Of a stretch of DNA of 64,000 nt, positions 58,075 through 64,000 are shown in pieces (within the stretch, counting starts at the first letter, position 1; every line of letters starts with the position of its first letter). The stretch is from an uncultured Candidatus Saccharibacteria bacterium (lineage in GTDB: Bacteria > Patescibacteriota > Minisyncoccia > Phycocordibacterales > UBA9973): positions 1,788 to 65,787 of the forward strand of contig CAZKPK010000002.1 of assembly GCA_964554645.1 (NCBI GenBank), read 5' to 3'. A model generated the notes under the pieces. That model worked only from the letters and a program-made list of their open reading frames with translations. It had not been told where the DNA came from and made no database searches. The position numbers and the translations under genes were made by a program.

Positions 58075-58156
58075 TGAGGAGTACCCTTTAGGGGGAGGTG
58101 GAAAATTCATCCACCCCGCCCCCGATGAACATCAGGGCACCCCTCAAGAGGGGAAT
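58075..58156. repeat. REP-like composite repeat, copy 3 (5' truncated)
   Basis: tgaggagtaccc..ggggaggtgg..cccgatgaacatc..caagaggggaat. Confidence 0.75.
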
Positions 58157-58291
58157 CTATTAACAAAAAATCCCTCATCCGCCAGCTGGCGGAAGGGTTT
58201 TTTGTTTTGCCCTTGACTTTTAAATTACTTTGTATATACTTTAGGTATTCTCCTTCGTTCTGAGCTAATACAGAACTACGGACGGACAAGT

Positions 58292-58561
58292 ATGAAAACA
58301 TCAGCATTAAGTATTAAAATAGATCCAAAAGTAAAGTATGAAGCGCAGAAAGTTGCTGACCAGCTTGGTTTTTCTCTTTCTGCTATTATAAACGCTTCTC
58401 TTAAGAATTTAACTCGTTCTAAAACAGTATCTTATTCACTTCTTGAACCTACTCCACTTTTAAAAAATGCTATTAATTCTGCTCGCAAAGACAGAGTTCT
58501 TGGGAAGTCTGTCGGGCATTTTAGGTCTTCTTCAGAAATGATGAAATCACTTTTGTCATAA
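58292..58561 (+). CDS. RelB/DinJ family antitoxin (orphan)
   Basis: LSIKIDPKVKYEAQKVADQLGFSLSAII RHH pattern; no toxin ORF downstream. Confidence 0.75.
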   Translation: MKTSALSIKIDPKVKYEAQKVADQLGFSLSAIINASLKNLTRSKTVSYSLLEPTPLLKNAINSARKDRVLGKSVGHFRSSSEMMKSLLS

Positions 58562-58648
58562 TCTTTGTGAGCTATTTTCTTAATTCCAGATAGGGTTTAA
58601 GGCGCTAGCGGTTGGGGAGAGGCAGCTCCCTTATTAAAGTAGACGCAC

Positions 58649-58694
58649 TTATCCACAGGGCAAGGGTGGCGTAATAAATTAGTGGTATAATAAA
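58649..58694 (+). promoter_or_regulatory. Duplicated promoter block, copy 2
   Basis: 41/46 identical to 53458-53503; TATAAT about 9 nt before ATG 58701. Confidence 0.65.
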
Positions 58695-58700
58695 AAGATT

Positions 58701-61700
58701 ATGAAGAAAATATTTTCTCGTTTTTGTTTTGCAGTAATTTTATTAATAATTTTTTCGTTTTCCTTTTTTAATATTTCTGATGCTATTGTAACTACTCTTA
58801 TCACCGATCTCACTCCGTTGTTCGGTGGACAAAAGCTCAAAGCTTCTAGTGATAATACCGCGGTGCTTAAAGTACAATTTGGTTCTGACTCAAATGCTGA
58901 AACCTTAACTTCAATTAAAGTAACTTTTGTTTCGGTTACTGGTTGTGCTGGTTGTTGGACCTCTGGAGCTGCTACTTCGTCAGAGTTGGCTGATTTAGCC
59001 ACAACGAACGGTGGTATTCAGCTTTGGAAAGATGCGGGCGCGGCCGGATTTCAAGGCCAGGGGACAGACACACAAGTCACTTTAGCCGCCACTCCGCAAT
59101 ATGCTTCAGCTACAACTTTCATTATTACTCCCGCTTCCGCGCCAACGCTTACGACTGATGATATTTATTTTATTGTTCTTAAAACTGATTCAACTGGATT
59201 AACTCATAACAACGCCTTCACTATCGCGGTGGCGGCCAATGGAGATATTATCACTTCTGCCAGCAATCCAGTTATCACTGCGGTTACTAGTCGCACCATT
59301 ACTATTGATACTACCGCTCCAACATTAACTTCCGCTTCTAGTTTTCCTGCCAATGGTGCCACCGTGCCTATCAGCACTTTTCCTCATATGACTTTTTCGG
59401 AACAACTGGATCAAACAACTTTAACTTCAGCTAATATTTCTTTAGCTGCCGGAAGCGCTGTTAATGGCGCGATTCGTCTATTTCCAGACGGATTTGATTT
59501 TGTGGTTTCCAGTCCACCTACTTATGCGATCGGCTCCAGATTTGCCAAACTGACCACCGCTGCAACCGCTTTTTTCCAAATTGCCGGCACCAATCCGATT
59601 AGCCCGCAAGGAAGTTATTCAGCGCCAGTGGTGGGCGATATTGTAATTTCCCAAAGAGAAACTTTTCCAGCTGAGCTTGGTTTAGTCACTGCTTCTGGTT
59701 TAACTTCCGGCACATTTGCGGTCAACGGTTTTCCAGCCTTCAATTCTCAACAGATTACCAAGGTTGCCATACCAGCCGCTACCGGCGCTGTCACTGCGTC
59801 TACCGTGGTAACCACTGGGGACATTATTGTAGTAAATACCACAGCCAATCCGACTTCACAAAGATATGACTGGCACATTGTAACTACTGGCGCAGCTGTG
59901 AATCATGCCACAGACTTAAGATTAGATGGAGCAAGCGGTGTGCCTGCATATGTTTCCGGTTCCAGATTTTCAACCATTGCTCCGAATGACACTTCAGCAA
60001 TTAATGCTTCAAATGCAGTGGTTGGAACCGCCAATAGTGGGATTGATTTTGTTGTTGGCGACTTAGTTTTTGCTAAAGTTACTGCCAATGCTGACAATCT
60101 TGGCGTTTATGCTTGGCATGTTGTTACTACAGCTCAGAATATTACAACCGATATTGCGCCAACCACTTTGCGTTTGGATGGCAATACTACCGGCGCTCCG
60201 ACTTTTGTCGCCAGTTCGCAAGTTTCTAAAATTACTCCAGCGGCGCAGGGTATTGCGGAGGGCGCGGGCGTTGATACCGCTACCGCTTTTTCTCTAGGAG
60301 ATATAGTTTTGGCGAAAACGACAGCCAATGCCTCAAACAATAACGCTTACAACTTTCACATTATTAACAATGGAGCAACCGGCGCAAACTCCGCTAGCTT
60401 GCGCTTTGATAATGTGCCGGGAAACTTAATCACTGCCACCACTTATACTTTGACGATGACGACCGGAATTAAAGACTCGGCTGGTAATCCTTTGGCTGCC
60501 AACAATACTGTAACCTTTACTACTGGTTCTACCAGTACAACGAATACTACACCGCCGTTTATTCAGTCCAGCCAGCCACAATCGGGCTCACAAACTCATC
60601 CGATCAGCGCGCCAATTAAGTTAACTTTCAGCGTGGATATGAAGACGACAGACGGCAACAGCGGCGCTAACTCTGTGACTAATCCCGCCAATGTAGGATT
60701 GTTTACTGATAATTTTGGTACGCCGGGGACCGCCATTGCGACCACCAATACATATGATTCCGCCAGCAAAACTGTAACCATCACTCCTTCAACCGCTATG
60801 AACAGTGGAGTGGCGGCCAATCTGACTGCTAGCACTGCTTATGTAGTCAAGGTGCTTCCTGCTACGCAAAGCAGTACGGGTACCGCTTTCCCCCCAACCC
60901 CGCCTTTACCTTTCAAAACTCCTTCCGGCGCGGCGGATACAACCGCGCCAACAGTGCTGGGAGTAAATCCTGCCAATGCGGCCACCGGCGCGGCTCTCGG
61001 CACGGTGGTGACCGCCGGTTTTTCCGAGGATATAAATCCAGCGACCATTACAACTTCTACCGTTACCTTAAGCGGGGGGATTACTGGCACTGTTACCTAT
61101 AATCCGCAGAGCCGTAGCGCTTCTTTTGCTCCTTCTGCCGCGCTTACCGCAAACACCAGTTACACCTTTACGATAGTTTCCGGGGCGAGTGGAGTAAAAG
61201 ATTTGTCTGGCAATGCTCTGGCCTCTAACTACACTTCCACTTTTACCACTACCGCGACCGCTGACGAAGTCAAACCCTTTTTGACATTTGCTAATGCGGA
61301 TGACTTTAGCGTGGCGGTTACTTTCTCCGAACAAGTGAAGTCCGGCGGAGGTCCGAATGCAGCCGACAATATTGCCAACTATACTTTAGAAAGTCCGGTT
61401 GGTTCAACTATAGCGCTGGGAGGAAAGACTGTTACCTATGAAGCAGGAACAAAAACTGCGCGTATTACAGGTTTAAGTTTGCAAAATGGCGCTACTGCAA
61501 CTTACAAAGTGACAGTTCTTCCATTTGTTCAAGACTTGGCTGGTAACGTGATGGACGACACCAATGTTCCTCCGCCTAGGAACACTCAATTTGGAACAGT
61601 TGCCAGCGCTTCCGCTACCGGTGGTCAAATCGGTCCGGGCGGGGGCGCGATTGATGCCTCTATGCAAGGAATGAATCCAAGTCGAGTGATGCCGATGAGT

Positions 61701-64000
61701 CGGGGAGCGGGAGCCACTTCCAACTATCATGTGGAATTTTTAGCCAGCGCTTCCGTTCCGGCTACCGGCCAAATTGTTCTGACTTTCCCCGCCGGCTTTA
61801 CTCTGGCGAACGCCGCAGCGGTAAGTACGGCGAATAGTTTTTGCAATGCAGATTTAAATGGTCCGGCCACCGGTGTTCCGCTCATTGATACCGTGGTTGG
61901 CAATAATGACGCGGGGACTGTGACTATTACCACTACCGCCGCGGCCGCTACTGGCGCTAATGCCTTTTTGTGTCTGGACCTTTCCGGTATTGTCAATTCA
62001 ACAGTGCCTTCAAGCAGCGGTTATACCGTTACTATTCAGACTAAAAATACCGCCACCGCTAACCGAGCCACTCTGCAGAATATAACCACCGCGTCTTTCT
62101 ATCTAGGAACAGCCGGTACTCGCACCTTGACGGTGAATGTATTTAAAGACGCCAACAGCAATGGCACTAATGATGATAATGAAGGAATAGATGGTGTTAC
62201 TGTTTATTTATTTTCTCCGGCTACCGGCGGGCAGGAAGCAACTACGGCCACTAATGTAATTGAAGGCAAGGCAACATTCTTAAGTTTGGCTGACGGCGAT
62301 TATATGATTGGATTAAAGCCGACGGATGCGATTAATGTGGCCTTTAATTCCGCGCCCCAACCTTTTACAGTTTCGGCTACTAGTTTAACCAAAAACTTTG
62401 CCTTGAGTAATGCGGTGGCTAAAACTATTTCCGGGACGATTACGGTTGCTAGCGGATTAAATAATACCAAAGTTGACGTGTTTGCCTCTTCTCCCAATGG
62501 CTTTGCTAAAAAGACTCTCACTTTACTTACCGGTTCCAATAATTATTCTCTGCCGGTCAACACCAATACTTCTTACAATATCGGAATAGGTCCTTATATG
62601 CCGGAATCTTCCTTCACTCCCGGTTCTCCGCCTCCACCACCTCCAGACTTCACTTTTATGCCGCCACCGAATCTTCAAGTGGCAGTGGCTTCTGCGAGCG
62701 TAACTGGTCAGAACTTTACTTTATCAACTGCTAATAAGTTTATTACCGGAACGGTAGTTGATTCTTCGGGTACTGGAATATCCAATGCTGGTCTATTTTG
62801 CCGTCCTGTTTCCAGTTCAACAACCGGAGGCACATCGGGTGGTTTCGGCACGGGCGGACAGACCAATACCAGCGGAGCATTTTCTCTTAAAACAATAGAA
62901 GGAGTTTACCTCTGCGGAGTCTTCAAACCGGGTATGCCGCCGGTTGCCGAGAAACAAATCACCGTTGGAGCGCTCGCCAATACTCCAACTACGCTAGCTT
63001 TCGTGCTTGATGCCGCCACCACTTTGACTATCACTGGAACTATCAAAGATGATTCAGGCAATGCTATTCCTTACGCCGGAGTTTCCGGCCGCAAGGTTGT
63101 TTCTACTTCCAACACCACAGCCGTAGGAGGCGATAGCGGAAACTTTGTCGGCGGACCGACTGATGCTAATGGTGCTTACACTTTGTATGTTTCTGCCGGC
63201 ACATGGGTTGTGGAAGCTTTTGCTCCGGGATTCGGGCGTTTGGGAACCAAGACTATTACCATTACTACCAGCAGTTCTTCCGGTCAGGATTTCTCCGCGC
63301 AAAACTTAGCTATGGGAACTATTACTGGTACGGCTACGCAAGCATTAACTGCGGTGCAGGGTGTAATGGTACGGGCGGAAAGTTCTGATCAAACCAGCGG
63401 CAATATGGCTGTTTCCGGCTCGGACGGCACTTACAGTATCAAGGTTCCAGCCGGCACCTACTCGCTTGTTTGTTATTTCCCGGGAGTGGGTGAAGGCACA
63501 CCAGTAACTGGAATTACTGTCACAGCCAACACTACTACTTCTGGTAAAAATTGCACGCAATTAGCTCCTATCACTATCACAGTTAATGTTACTGACGGAA
63601 CTAATGCTATTGCCAATGCCGGGGTGGAAGTTCGCGACTCCAGTGGCCGCGGCAACTTTACTTCTACTTCAACCACTACGGGTGCCAATGCTGTTTATAC
63701 TCTGACTGTTCCGCCCGGCACTTACACAGTTCGTGTAGGTCATCCGGCTTACGGCAGTGTGGGAACAACCACTGGTGTTAACACTACGCGCACAATTACC
63801 TATACGGCCTCCGCTGGAGTGCTATACGCCGTGACTGGAACAGTGACCGGCGATGGTACGGCGCTTTCCGGGGCTTGGGTGTCTTTGAATGGCACACCGA
63901 CCGGACAGACCAATACTATATTCTTAGGCGGGCAAACTATTGCAAACGGAACATTCAGTATTAGCGTGCCACCGGGCATATACAAAGTTCGCGCGGACAA
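58701..64000 (+). CDS. Very large secreted Ig-like/carboxypeptidase-regulatory-like repeat protein (runs off window, >1766 aa)
   Basis: Absent from the ORF track because it has no stop; MKKIFSRFCFAVILL signal peptide; DTTAP..P.NG, FSE, KDLSGN Big_5-type motifs; frame at window end agrees with the start. Confidence 0.8.
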   Translation, partial: MKKIFSRFCFAVILLIIFSFSFFNISDAIVTTLITDLTPLFGGQKLKASSDNTAVLKVQFGSDSNAETLTSIKVTFVSVTGCAGCWTSGAATSSELADLATTNGGIQLWKDAGAAGFQGQGTDTQVTLAATPQYASATTFIITPASAPTLTTDDIYFIVLKTDSTGLTHNNAFTIAVAANGDIITSASNPVITAVTSRTITIDTTAPTLTSASSFPANGATVPISTFPHMTFSEQLDQTTLTSANISLAAGSAVNGAIRLFPDGFDFVVSSPPTYAIGSRFAKLTTAATAFFQIAGTNPISPQGSYSAPVVGDIVISQRETFPAELGLVTASGLTSGTFAVNGFPAFNSQQITKVAIPAATGAVTASTVVTTGDIIVVNTTANPTSQRYDWHIVTTGAAVNHATDLRLDGASGVPAYVSGSRFSTIAPNDTSAINASNAVVGTANSGIDFVVGDLVFAKVTANADNLGVYAWHVVTTAQNITTDIAPTTLRLDGNTTGAPTFVASSQVSKITPAAQGIAEGAGVDTATAFSLGDIVLAKTTANASNNNAYNFHIINNGATGANSASLRFDNVPGNLITATTYTLTMTTGIKDSAGNPLAANNTVTFTTGSTSTTNTTPPFIQSSQPQSGSQTHPISAPIKLTFSVDMKTTDGNSGANSVTNPANVGLFTDNFGTPGTAIATTNTYDSASKTVTITPSTAMNSGVAANLTASTAYVVKVLPATQSSTGTAFPPTPPLPFKTPSGAADTTAPTVLGVNPANAATGAALGTVVTAGFSEDINPATITTSTVTLSGGITGTVTYNPQSRSASFAPSAALTANTSYTFTIVSGASGVKDLSGNALASNYTSTFTTTATADEVKPFLTFANADDFSVAVTFSEQVKSGGGPNAADNIANYTLESPVGSTIALGGKTVTYEAGTKTARITGLSLQNGATATYKVTVLPFVQDLAGNVMDDTNVPPPRNTQFGTVASASATGGQIGPGGGAIDASMQGMNPSRVMPMSRGAGATSNYHVEFLASASVPATGQIVLTFPAGFTLANAAAVSTANSFCNADLNGPATGVPLIDTVVGNNDAGTVTITTTAAAATGANAFLCLDLSGIVNSTVPSSSGYTVTIQTKNTATANRATLQNITTASFYLGTAGTRTLTVNVFKDANSNGTNDDNEGIDGVTVYLFSPATGGQEATTATNVIEGKATFLSLADGDYMIGLKPTDAINVAFNSAPQPFTVSATSLTKNFALSNAVAKTISGTITVASGLNNTKVDVFASSPNGFAKKTLTLLTGSNNYSLPVNTNTSYNIGIGPYMPESSFTPGSPPPPPPDFTFMPPPNLQVAVASASVTGQNFTLSTANKFITGTVVDSSGTGISNAGLFCRPVSSSTTGGTSGGFGTGGQTNTSGAFSLKTIEGVYLCGVFKPGMPPVAEKQITVGALANTPTTLAFVLDAATTLTITGTIKDDSGNAIPYAGVSGRKVVSTSNTTAVGGDSGNFVGGPTDANGAYTLYVSAGTWVVEAFAPGFGRLGTKTITITTSSSSGQDFSAQNLAMGTITGTATQALTAVQGVMVRAESSDQTSGNMAVSGSDGTYSIKVPAGTYSLVCYFPGVGEGTPVTGITVTANTTTSGKNCTQLAPITITVNVTDGTNAIANAGVEVRDSSGRGNFTSTSTTTGANAVYTLTVPPGTYTVRVGHPAYGSVGTTTGVNTTRTITYTASAGVLYAVTGTVTGDGTALSGAWVSLNGTPTGQTNTIFLGGQTIANGTFSISVPPGIYKVRAD

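Noticed and set aside
58590-58632. Possible tRNA fragment or att site after the RelB-like gene
   Set aside because: GC-rich, but no cloverleaf, T-loop or CCA could be built.
42630-58657. oriC
   Set aside because: The DnaA-type boxes are single and kilobases apart; no dnaA/dnaN or box cluster is present.
43325-64000. Many minus-strand ORFs in the surface-protein region
   Set aside because: They are shadows of Thr/Ala/Gly-rich plus-strand genes, including the open-ended ORF starting at 58701.

Overview
A 64 kb AT-rich, densely coded bacterial chromosome segment. Gene content and style (type IV minor pilin cluster, split ComEC, single-chain GlyRS, EF-P with a QQR loop, short PaaX-like proteins, Thr/Gly-rich surface proteins) suggest a Patescibacteria/CPR (Parcubacteria-like) organism; this is inference. 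Positions 1-42.5 kb are mostly housekeeping genes: tpiA, pgk, recJ, rnhA, comEC, sod, glyA, tmk, dut, argS, a PIF1-like helicase, ileS, recO, glyS, metG, tatD, rpsF-ssb-rpsR, efp, recA and ftsK. Positions 43-64 kb encode large secreted or S-layer-like proteins. The main finding is four separate ~190-aa wHTH + Cas2-like (PaaX-like) genes. Each is individually bracketed by its own pair of ~35-38 bp imperfect palindromes with a directly repeated ACG..CGT core, 621-658 bp apart. In several cases the arms pair better between sites than within a site, as expected for attL/attR of an integrated single-gene cassette. Other notable signals: a wHTH gene packed with GGACA/TGTCC motifs, many GC-rich palindromic mini-elements inserted in-frame in core genes, MITE-like repeats, an IleRS with an embedded histidine-phosphatase domain, and toxin-antitoxin pairs with broken toxins. 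No rRNA, tRNA, CRISPR array, integrase or transposase was recognised. All match counts are by hand.
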